Positions 28,212 to 36,445 of a DNA stretch of 64,000 nucleotides are shown here, piece after piece (the first letter of the stretch is position 1; the number at the start of each line of letters is the position of its first letter). Origin of the DNA: an uncultured Chloroflexia bacterium. GTDB lineage: Bacteria > Chloroflexota > Limnocylindria > Limnocylindrales > CSP1-4. The notes beneath the pieces are model-generated. The model saw nothing but the letters and a program-made list of their open reading frames with translations. It made no database searches and had not been told where the DNA came from. A program made the translations under genes and the position numbers. The DNA is taken from the NCBI GenBank assembly GCA_963713095.1, contig CAVQKK010000009.1, forward strand, positions 106,846 through 170,845. The letters run 5' to 3'.

Positions 28212-29926
28212 CCCGCATCTCGGCCCATGAGTACCGCGCGCGGTTCGGTGCAACCACGGGCGACCGGATCCGGCTCGGCGACACGAATCTGTGGATCCGC
28301 GTCGGCGAGGACCGGACGGCGAGGGGGGACGAGCCGGTCTGGGGCTATGCGAAGAACCTGCGCAGCGGGATCGCGCAGCTGGATCGGGCCGCAGGGCCGT
28401 CCGAGCTCGACATCCTGATCGCCGGCGCTCTCCTCGTCGATCCGGCCATCGGCGTGGTCAAGGCCGACATCGGGATCAAGGACGGCCGCATCGCCGGCAT
28501 CGGCCGAGCCGGCAGCCCCGAGATCAGCGACGGCATCGACCTCGTCGTCGGGCCGCACACCAAGTCGTTCATGGCCTACGGCCTGATCGCGACCCCCGGG
28601 GCCGTCGACACGCACGTCCACACGATCGGCCCCCACCTGCTGCCGCCCGCGCTCGCGGCGGGCGTGACGACGCTGATCACCGCGGGGTTCGAAGAGCCGC
28701 CGTTCGCGATGGTGCGGACGTTGGCCGGGCTCGAGGGCTGGCCGGTCAACGTGGGCATGCAGGCCGGCGCGCGAGCCACGGAACCAACCCATCTGGACGC
28801 GCTGGTCGACGTCGGGGCCCTCGGGTTCAAGATCCACGAGGACAACGGCGCATACCCGGAGCTGATCGACTTCGTGCTCCGCTATGCGGACGAGCGCGAC
28901 CTGACGGTCAGCCTGCACACCGACGGGCTCCACGAGTCGGCTGAGCTTGAGGACACGGTGGCTGCGATCGCGGGCCGGACCGTCCATGCGTATCACGTCG
29001 AGGGATCGGGCGGCGGCCACGTGCCGGACCTGATGGGCCTGGTCCGAGAGCCGTCCATCCTGTGCTCGTCGACCACGCCGACGATCCCGTTCGGTGCCCA
29101 CACGGCCGTCGAGCACGTGCCGATGACAATCCTGAACCACGGCCTCTCGTGGTCGGTGCCGGGCGATCTGCAGCTGGTGCGTGAGCGGATCCTCGAGGCC
29201 CGCACCGCCGCGGAGGGACCGCTCCACGAGCTGGGTGCGATCTCGATCGTCAACTCCGACTCGCAGGGGATGGGCCGGATCGGCGAGACGGTGCGGCGGA
29301 CGTTCCAGCTGGCCCACGTGATGAAGGCGTGGCGACGATCCGCGGCGGCCGAGGGCGTCCCGGACCTGCCCGACGATCCGGGACTGGCCGATCCCGACGA
29401 TCGTGACGACTCCGCCCGGGTGCTGCGCTACCTGGCGAAGGTGACGATCGAGCCCGCGATCGCCCACGGGCTCGCCGCGCACGTGGGGACCCTGCGGCAT
29501 GGCCGGCTGGCCGACCTCGTGCTGTGGAGGCCCGCGTTCTTCGGGGTCAAGCCCGAGTGGGTGTTCAAGGGTGGGTTCCCGGCCTGGGGCCCGCTGGGCG
29601 AGGGCAACGCCTCGCTGGAGCGGGCCGAGCCGACCCGCTATCGGGCAGACTGGGGCGGCAGCGCGTCGGTGGCGCCGCGGGTGGCGGTGACGTTCGTGTC
29701 GGGAGTCTCCGATGCGAAGGTGCTCGCGCGGCGGCTGGGCACATCTCGCACGCTCGTCGCGGCGGGCGGTGTGCGGGGCCTCACCCGCGCATCGCTCCAT
29801 CTGAACCGGGCCGTCGCCGGCGTGGACATCGACGTCGCCACGGGCAGCGTCTCGCTGGAGGGCCGCCGACTGGCGGTCGATCCGGTTGACGAGGTGCCGC
29901 TGAGCCGCCGTTACCTGCTCCGCTAG
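28208..29926 (+). CDS. ureC: Urease alpha subunit (divergent)
   Basis: DTHVH, FKIHEDNG (carbamyl-Lys position), SLHTDGLHE, HAYHVEGSGGGHVPD, NSDSQGMGRIGE, LADLVLWRPAFFGVKP. GTGA overlap with ureAB. Confidence 0.88.
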   Translation: MTRISAHEYRARFGATTGDRIRLGDTNLWIRVGEDRTARGDEPVWGYAKNLRSGIAQLDRAAGPSELDILIAGALLVDPAIGVVKADIGIKDGRIAGIGRAGSPEISDGIDLVVGPHTKSFMAYGLIATPGAVDTHVHTIGPHLLPPALAAGVTTLITAGFEEPPFAMVRTLAGLEGWPVNVGMQAGARATEPTHLDALVDVGALGFKIHEDNGAYPELIDFVLRYADERDLTVSLHTDGLHESAELEDTVAAIAGRTVHAYHVEGSGGGHVPDLMGLVREPSILCSSTTPTIPFGAHTAVEHVPMTILNHGLSWSVPGDLQLVRERILEARTAAEGPLHELGAISIVNSDSQGMGRIGETVRRTFQLAHVMKAWRRSAAAEGVPDLPDDPGLADPDDRDDSARVLRYLAKVTIEPAIAHGLAAHVGTLRHGRLADLVLWRPAFFGVKPEWVFKGGFPAWGPLGEGNASLERAEPTRYRADWGGSASVAPRVAVTFVSGVSDAKVLARRLGTSRTLVAAGGVRGLTRASLHLNRAVAGVDIDVATGSVSLEGRRLAVDPVDEVPLSRRYLLR

Positions 29927-29965
29927 CGAGCGTCGTTCGGTTGACGCACCACCGCCCGGCCGCGA

Positions 29966-31018
29966 CTACCACAGGTCGCCGACCGTGAACCCGCCGGGGA
30001 ATGGGTCCGACGGATCGACCACGTAGCTCGCGAACCCCGTGATCCAGGCGGTCCCGGTGATCGACGGCACGATCGCGGCGCGCTGCCCAATGCTCGTCTC
30101 CTCCTCGACGCGACCCGTGAACACCGTCCCCAGGATGCCCTCGTGCCGGAACTCCTCGCCTACCCGGAGCTCGCCGCGGGCGTGGAGCACGGCCATCATC
30201 GCGCTCGTGCCCGTCCCACACGGCGATCGGTCGATGACCCCGGTCCAGGTCGACGGCTTCGACCAGTCGAGCTCGCCGGTCGAGACGGTGACCACGTTCC
30301 GGCGCGAGTTGCGAGGATCGTGTGGCGGACCGGACAGCTGGCCGATCGTGATGCCGGAGAACCCCGGTTGCTCCGGATGGGCGACGGGCAGCTGCTCCCT
30401 CGCGGCGGCCTTGATCATCTCGGTCACGCGGGTGATGTCCCGACCCTCGTCAGGGGTCAGCCGGAACCCGAGGGTCTCCGCGTCGGCGATGGCGTAGAAC
30501 ATGCCGCCGTAGGCGACATCGACCGAGATCGTGCCCAGCTGCGGGACCTCGACCGGCGCGTCGAGGTGACTCGCGAAGGCGGGCACGTTGCGGAAGGTCA
30601 CGCCGGTGACCTTGCCGTGGGCGCACGTCGCGCGGATCCGGATGAGCCCCGCCGGTGCCTCGAGGGTGATCTCGGTCACTGGCTCATGCATCGGCAGCAT
30701 GCCGGTCTCGAGCAACGCGGTCGCCACGCAGATGGTGTTGGTGCCGGACATCCCCGGGTACTCGACCTGCTCCATGATCACGTACCCGGCGTCGGCGTCC
30801 GGTTGAGTCGGGGTCAGGATCACGTTCGCGCACAGGGCCGGGTAGCCTCGCGGCTCGCGGAGCATCAGCCGGCGCAGCTCGTCGCCATGCTCAGCAAGGT
30901 GGCGCATCTTGTCGAACATGGTCGCGCCCGGAACGTCGAGCACGCCGCCGACGATGACCCGGCCGGGCTCACCCGCTGCGTGGGCATCGACCGCCTGGAT
31001 CATCCGCGCCAGCCGCAT
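29966..31018 (-). CDS. Proline racemase / hydroxyproline epimerase family protein (Ser/Cys catalytic pair)
   Basis: AHAAGEPGRVIVGG..., YPGMSGTNTI (Ser where the first catalytic Cys is expected), DRSPCGTGTSAMMA (second Cys present). Confidence 0.85.
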   Translation of the reverse strand: MRLARMIQAVDAHAAGEPGRVIVGGVLDVPGATMFDKMRHLAEHGDELRRLMLREPRGYPALCANVILTPTQPDADAGYVIMEQVEYPGMSGTNTICVATALLETGMLPMHEPVTEITLEAPAGLIRIRATCAHGKVTGVTFRNVPAFASHLDAPVEVPQLGTISVDVAYGGMFYAIADAETLGFRLTPDEGRDITRVTEMIKAAAREQLPVAHPEQPGFSGITIGQLSGPPHDPRNSRRNVVTVSTGELDWSKPSTWTGVIDRSPCGTGTSAMMAVLHARGELRVGEEFRHEGILGTVFTGRVEEETSIGQRAAIVPSITGTAWITGFASYVVDPSDPFPGGFTVGDLW

Positions 31019-31105
31019 CGGACCGCCTCCCTCTCCAGCCCTCGGCGCGACGGCGCAATCGATCCGGTTGCGCGACCCGCCGGAGCGAACGTTCGCGCGA
31101 TCGCC

Positions 31106-31567
31106 TCAGTGGCGGCGCGCCTCCGCCATCGCCCGCTCGGTCTCGCGTCGCGCGTCGCGCTCCGCGATCTCCCGCCGCCGATCCCAGGTCTGCTTGCCCC
31201 GGGCCAGCCCGAGCTCGAGCTTGGCCTTTCCCTGCTCGGTGATGTACAGCCGGAGTGGCACCAGCGTCAGCCCCTTGGCCTTGGTCTTTCCCAGCAGCTC
31301 GTCGATCTCGTCGCGATGGAGCAGCAGCTTGCGCTCGCGCTTCGGCTCGTGGTTGAAGCGCACGTCCGTCGATTCCCAGGGCGCGATGTGCAGGCCGACT
31401 ATCCAGGCCTCACCGCGCTCGATTCGCGCGTAGGCGTCGGCAAGGCTCACCTTGCCGGCGCGGATGCTCTTGATCTCGGTCCCGCGGAGCACGATCCCGG
31501 CCTCGAACGTGTCCTCGACGTGGTACTCGTGCCGGGCTCTGCGGTTCTGGGCGATGGTGCCGCCCAT
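31106..31567 (-). CDS. smpB: SsrA-binding protein SmpB
   Basis: IAQNRRARHEYHVEDTFEAGIVLRGTEIKS...ERKLLLHRDEI. GAGGAG SD upstream. Confidence 0.95.
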   Translation of the reverse strand: MGGTIAQNRRARHEYHVEDTFEAGIVLRGTEIKSIRAGKVSLADAYARIERGEAWIVGLHIAPWESTDVRFNHEPKRERKLLLHRDEIDELLGKTKAKGLTLVPLRLYITEQGKAKLELGLARGKQTWDRRREIAERDARRETERAMAEARRH

Positions 31568-31652
31568 CCCTTGGGCTCCTCTCTGAATGCTGCGGCGGCC
31601 AGTGTCGCACGCGCGTCCCGCGGGCGCGCCGGTGCCCCGGGTCCCGGACGCA

Positions 31653-31823
31653 CGAACGCCGGCCCGCTGCCGGACCGGCGTTCGCATTGCTCCGACCACC
31701 CGGTCGGGATCGTCTCTAGGCGACGATCTCCGCCGAGGTGGTGCAGCAACTACCGCTGTCTGTCACTGCACATCACCTCCTTTCGTTCGGGGGGAACGTA
31801 CCCGATGCACGCCGAAGGTGCAA
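31653..31823 (-). promoter_or_regulatory. Predicted promoter plus four-hairpin leader or sRNA upstream of smpB, containing a 16-codon micro-ORF (31766..31716)
   Basis: TTGCAC(31823-31818)-N17-TACGTT(31800-31795). 13-nt SD GAAAGGAGGTGAT. Hairpins at 31735-31779, 31708-31728, 31692-31707 and 31653-31684. Confidence 0.35.
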
Positions 31824-31905
31824 GCGGCGGGTTCGGCCGCCCTCGTTGCCGCGTGAGCCCGGTCCGGGGTCCTTGCCAGCACGGGACGTCGGGTCGACCG
31901 GGTCC

Positions 31906-33294
31906 TCAGGCGGCCGGAACCAACCGGATCCCTGACGCCGGCGCGTCGCCCAGGACCTTGAGTGCGGCGTCGAGGACCGGGTCGTCTCCGGGCCGGGCCG
32001 GCGCCTCGGTCACCACGACATCCGGGGTGATCCCGACCCCGTTGACCCAGGTCCTGTCCGGCGTCAGCCACTTGGCGATGGTCAGCCGGAACCCGCCGTT
32101 GTTCCCCTCGAGCTGCGTCCACTGCTGGATCGTGCCCTTGCCGAAGGTCCTGGACCCGACCAGCGTCGCTCGTCCCCGGTCGTGGAGCGCCCCGGCGACG
32201 ATCTCCGATGCCGATGCCGAGCCGCCGTCCACCAGGACGACCAGCCGGATCGACGGATCGGTCGCCGCGCCGCCCGAGATGGCCGTGGTCTCGGTCAGCG
32301 CACTGCTCGCGTCCTCCTGCCAGAAGATCGTGCCGGTGGCCAGGAACTGGCTGGCGATGTCGCGGGCCGCGGTGATGTAGCCACCCGGGTTCCCGCGCAG
32401 GTCGACGATGAGCTGGAGCTTGCCTGCGCCGACCGCCGTTGCGACGGCAGCGTCGAACTCCCGCGCCGCGCTATCCGAGAAGCCACCCAGTTTGATGTAG
32501 CCGACCGTGCCGTTGGCGAGGTCCCTGCTCGAGACCTCGGGCTGCACGATCACGGCGCGGACGATGTCGACCTCCAGCGGTGCCCCACCGCCCCGGAGGA
32601 TCGTGAGCCGGATGGCGGTGTCGCGCGGCCCGCGGATCCTGTCGCGCGCCTGGTTGACGGTGAGCCCGTCGAGCGAGGCGCCGTCCACCTCGCTGATGAC
32701 GTCGCCCGGCAACAGGCCCGCCTTCTCGGCCGGCGATCCGGTGATCGGTTGCACGATCACCAGGCGACAGTCGGTGCCGATCGTGCTGCACGCGGATGTC
32801 GCTCCCGTGGCATCAACCGTCCCGATGGTCGCCCCGATCCCCTCGAACTGGCCCGCGATCCCCTGCAGCGAGCTCTGGAAGTCCTGGGGGCTCAGGTACT
32901 GCGAGTACGGGTCCCCGAGGGCGCCGAACATCCCCTTGATCGCGCCCTGGATCAAGGCCTGGCGATCGACCGCACCGCCGGCGTAGCGGTTGGTGATCGC
33001 GTAGTACGTGTCCCAGAACGGCTGGAATGCCTCGGCGGCGTCGGGCGGAGTGCCGCTCGTCAGCAGGACCTGCTGGCCGAGCGTCCAGCCCGAGAAGAAC
33101 AACGCGCCGCCGGCGAGGACGGCCACGATGGCGAGCGCGGCGATCAGAACAGACCGCGATCGGGCGGACGAGGCCGTCGCCGAGCGAGCGGGCTCAGCGG
33201 GCACGGGGGGCGGAAGCCCCCCCGCGGATGCCGCCGCTCCGGGTGACGGCGCGATCACGCCGTCGGCGGGTGGCACGGGAGGTTCGAAGGACAT
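31906..33294 (-). CDS. ctpA: S41 carboxyl-terminal processing protease (PDZ domain)
   Basis: LIVDLRGNPGGY, GGSASASEIVAGALHD, TFGKGTIQ. N-terminal TM anchor. Confidence 0.9.
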   Translation of the reverse strand: MSFEPPVPPADGVIAPSPGAAASAGGLPPPVPAEPARSATASSARSRSVLIAALAIVAVLAGGALFFSGWTLGQQVLLTSGTPPDAAEAFQPFWDTYYAITNRYAGGAVDRQALIQGAIKGMFGALGDPYSQYLSPQDFQSSLQGIAGQFEGIGATIGTVDATGATSACSTIGTDCRLVIVQPITGSPAEKAGLLPGDVISEVDGASLDGLTVNQARDRIRGPRDTAIRLTILRGGGAPLEVDIVRAVIVQPEVSSRDLANGTVGYIKLGGFSDSAAREFDAAVATAVGAGKLQLIVDLRGNPGGYITAARDIASQFLATGTIFWQEDASSALTETTAISGGAATDPSIRLVVLVDGGSASASEIVAGALHDRGRATLVGSRTFGKGTIQQWTQLEGNNGGFRLTIAKWLTPDRTWVNGVGITPDVVVTEAPARPGDDPVLDAALKVLGDAPASGIRLVPAA

Positions 33295-33471
33295 CGGCGG
33301 GTTCCGGGGCTGCGGTTGGGGTCGAGCGGCTCGGCTGCCAGCGTACCCTCAGCCCCGGATTCGGGCGTCAAGCGGACCCGGGGCGGCAGGTTCGATCAGC
33401 GCAGGCCGCACGCCGCCGACAGGCTCGCGGCCTTGGTCGGGCGACACATCTCCGGCGATCTCTCGAGCGGG

Positions 33472-34356
33472 TCAGCGGATCAGATAGGTCCGGACCGACA
33501 ACCATGAGCCAAGCACACCCAGCCCGATCCCGGTCCCGAGCACGAGGATTGCCGTGTCCCGACCTACCGACCCGAGCTGAAGCGGGAGCACGTTGAAGAA
33601 GCCCACCATCGCCCGCGACAGCGGCTCGGCGCCGGCGGCCAGGAGCCCCAGCGTGATCAGCGCCCCCATCAGGCCCACGAACGCGCCCTCGAACACGAAC
33701 GGCCAGCGGATGAAGGCGTCGGACGCACCGACCAGGCGCATGATCTCGATCTCCTCGGCCCGGGCCACCACGGCCAGCCGGATCGTGTTGACGACGATGA
33801 ACAGCACGATCAGACCGACGATCACGACCAGGACGACGCCCGCGGTTCTGACGACCGTGGTCACGGTCAGCACCCGGTCGACCAGCGCCTCGATGTTGAC
33901 GACGTTGCGCACGATCGGGTCGTCGCGGAGCGCGGCCGTCACCGCGTTGAGGTCCGACGGGTGACGCAGCTTGACGTTGACGCTGGCGTACAGGGGGTTC
34001 GAGTCGAGCGACCGGGTGAGGTCCGCGTGGCCCTGGGCCGCCTCCACCTCGCGGAAGTGCTGGAGCGCCTGGTCCCGGGACACGAACTCAACCGACCCGA
34101 CCTCGGGCATCGCCCCCACCCTGGCGAGCAGCGCATCGACCTGGTCCTGCGTGGCGTTGTTCTCGATCCAGGCCTCCACCTGCACCTTCTGCTCCACGAA
34201 CGACAGGCTCGCGAGCAGGACGTTCTGGAGGACGAAGAAGCCCGCCAGCAGCGACAGCATCAGCACCATCGTGAGCGTGGCCGCGAGGCTCATCAGCGCG
34301 TTGCGCCAGAACCCCTGCCAGGCCCTGCGAAGCGAAAACAGGACGAACGGGATCAC
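33472..34356 (-). CDS. ftsX: Cell-division ABC permease FtsX
   Basis: LRRAWQGFWRNALMSLAAT..., an extracellular domain then 3 C-terminal TM segments. Follows ftsE. Confidence 0.9.
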   Translation of the reverse strand: MIPFVLFSLRRAWQGFWRNALMSLAATLTMVLMLSLLAGFFVLQNVLLASLSFVEQKVQVEAWIENNATQDQVDALLARVGAMPEVGSVEFVSRDQALQHFREVEAAQGHADLTRSLDSNPLYASVNVKLRHPSDLNAVTAALRDDPIVRNVVNIEALVDRVLTVTTVVRTAGVVLVVIVGLIVLFIVVNTIRLAVVARAEEIEIMRLVGASDAFIRWPFVFEGAFVGLMGALITLGLLAAGAEPLSRAMVGFFNVLPLQLGSVGRDTAILVLGTGIGLGVLGSWLSVRTYLIR

Positions 34357-34359
34357 GCC

Positions 34360-35130
34360 TCAGTCCTCGCGGTGATAGGTGGCGCCCGTCTCGTCCCTGA
34401 TGACCCGTCCGTCCTCCAGCGCGACCACGCGCTTGCGCAGCGCGGTCACGACCTCGGCATCGTGGGTAGCCATCAGGATGGTGACACCCAGCTCGTTGAT
34501 CCGGAGCAGGAGCTGGATGAGCTCCCAGCTGATGACCGGGTCCAGGTTTCCGGTCGGCTCGTCGGCGATGATGATCCGCGGATCGTGGACGAGCGCCCGG
34601 GCGATCGCGGTGCGCTGCAGCTCACCACCGGACAGCTGCGCAGGCAGCTGGGTCGACTGACCGGTCAGGCCGACCACCGCCAGCACGCGCTCGACCGCGG
34701 GCCGGATCTGGCGACCCGGCGTTCCGGTCACCTCGAGCGCGAACGCCACGTTCTCCCACACCGTCTTGCGGGGCAGCAGCTTGAAGTCCTGGAACACGAT
34801 CCCGATCTTGCGCCGGACCCTGGGGACCTGGCGGCGCCGGATCCGGGCGAGATCGTAGCCGTCGACGATGACGTCGCCGTGCGTGGCCAGCTCGTCACGG
34901 ATCAACAGCTTCATCAGCGTGGACTTGCCCGCTCCGGAGGGGCCAACCAGGAACACGAAGTCGCCTTCGGGCACCACCAGGTCGACGTGCTGCAGGGCTT
35001 CCTTGCCGTTGGGATAGCGCATCGTGACGTCGCGCAGCAGCACGATGGCCTGGTCCGTGCGCGTCGGGTGCACGCGGCGACCGGTCAGGCGCGTGATGAG
35101 GGACGGCGACGGGCTCTGCAACACGGTCAT
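34360..35130 (-). CDS. ftsE: Cell-division ATP-binding protein FtsE
   Basis: GPSGAGKSTLMKLL, LSGGELQRTAIARAL, IIIADEPTGNLD. The start may instead be GTG at 35073. Confidence 0.9.
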   Translation of the reverse strand: MTVLQSPSPSLITRLTGRRVHPTRTDQAIVLLRDVTMRYPNGKEALQHVDLVVPEGDFVFLVGPSGAGKSTLMKLLIRDELATHGDVIVDGYDLARIRRRQVPRVRRKIGIVFQDFKLLPRKTVWENVAFALEVTGTPGRQIRPAVERVLAVVGLTGQSTQLPAQLSGGELQRTAIARALVHDPRIIIADEPTGNLDPVISWELIQLLLRINELGVTILMATHDAEVVTALRKRVVALEDGRVIRDETGATYHRED

Positions 35131-35351
35131 GAGTCTGCTCGCTGGCGAATGGACGAGGCGGAGGGTCGGAGCGCCGCTGAAGGCGTCGACTCCGGTCCGC
35201 GGGCACGTCGGGGGAGCCACGTCGTGGGCGAGGCTAGCACCCGGCGTGAGACCCGGCAAACGCTCCGCGGGTGGCCGTCGACCCGTTCCGCGCCACCGCT
35301 CGGCCCCCATAGCTGCGAGCCGCGGGCGTGTGTCCGATCCGCGACGATCGA

Positions 35352-36443
35352 TCAGATGATGGCGAGCGAGATCGGCAGATAGCGGGCAAACGGGTGGTCC
35401 GCCCGAGACCAGCAGATGATCCCGGGGAACGTGTCCAGGCGGAGTCCGGCGGCCAATAGCGCCCGAAAGGCCCGGTCCGCCGTACCGGCGACCCAGATCG
35501 CCACGGGCCCGAACGCCTGGGCCTCGCGGATCGCCAGCCCGATCAGCGCAGGGTGCAGCGCAGGATCCACGGCGGCCACCGGTCCCAGCCGCCCCACGCT
35601 GGATCCGTACGCGTAGCCCAGCACCCGACCGTGTCGTTCACGCAGGAGGACACCCGACCGGCCCTCCCGGCGCACGTGCGCGTGGTCCACGGGGTGAGTT
35701 ACGCCGATCAGCTCGCGGTCGAGCTCGTCGAGCTGTGCGGCCAGCCGGCGCGGGCCGTCGGCGACGCTCTCCTCGACCATCTCGAACGAGGCGGCCTCGA
35801 TTCCTGCCGGCGGTCCCGCCAGCGCCGACCAGCGCCGGACCTCGCCCGACAGCCGCCAGATCGGGATGCGCGGGACCATGCCACGGCCTGCGTACAGGGC
35901 ATTCGAGATCGGCTGGACCGCATCGGTGCACATGCCCCAGGTATGGATCCCGCTGTCCAGCGGATCGTCCGGGCCCGGCACCATCGGTCCTCCCGGGTCA
36001 ACGTCCCGTGCCGCCTGCGCCCGATCCATCAATCCCTTTCCGACGCCGTCTGCCTGCGACGCGGGATCCACGAACAGCATGGCCAGGAACCACAGGCCCT
36101 CGCGGACTGACGCCGCCGCGAACCCCACCAGGTCGCTGCCCCTTGAGCTGCCGTTCGAGGCCGCCCGCCCGTTCCTCCCCGCGACGGCGTCTCTCCCCGC
36201 GCCGTTCGCGCCCGGATCACCGCCCCGGACAGCCACCCAGAATCGATCGGGGTCGGTCGTGAGCAGGTGAGAGAGCATGTTCCGCAGATGGGCCAGATCG
36301 TTCGGCAGCGGCGGCTGGTTCAGCCGTCCCTGGTAGTCGTCGATGCCGGCCTTCCAGACGCGGGTGCAGGCCTCGAGATCCGCCGTCCGGCCGGGACGGT
36401 AGACCACCGGGTCGCCTCCACCCCTGGGCGTCGGGAGCGGCAC
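35352..36443 (-). CDS. GNAT-family N-acetyltransferase-like protein (two-domain, low-complexity insert)
   Basis: FLAMLFVDPASQADGVGKGLM resembles a GNAT acetyl-CoA loop. The assignment is tentative. Confidence 0.5.
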   Translation of the reverse strand: MPLPTPRGGGDPVVYRPGRTADLEACTRVWKAGIDDYQGRLNQPPLPNDLAHLRNMLSHLLTTDPDRFWVAVRGGDPGANGAGRDAVAGRNGRAASNGSSRGSDLVGFAAASVREGLWFLAMLFVDPASQADGVGKGLMDRAQAARDVDPGGPMVPGPDDPLDSGIHTWGMCTDAVQPISNALYAGRGMVPRIPIWRLSGEVRRWSALAGPPAGIEAASFEMVEESVADGPRRLAAQLDELDRELIGVTHPVDHAHVRREGRSGVLLRERHGRVLGYAYGSSVGRLGPVAAVDPALHPALIGLAIREAQAFGPVAIWVAGTADRAFRALLAAGLRLDTFPGIICWSRADHPFARYLPISLAII

Positions 36444-36445
36444 TC

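Noticed and set aside
31085-31096. Perfect 12-bp palindrome GCGAACGTTCGC between the smpB stop and the proline-racemase-family start.
   Set aside because: It is short, has no second copy or T-tract, and could arise by chance in GC-rich DNA. It is noted only as a possible weak terminator or operator.
31772-31783. Plus-strand ATCACCTCCTTT, identical to the 3' end of 16S rRNA.
   Set aside because: There is no rRNA sequence on either side. It is simply the complement of a strong SD on the minus strand.
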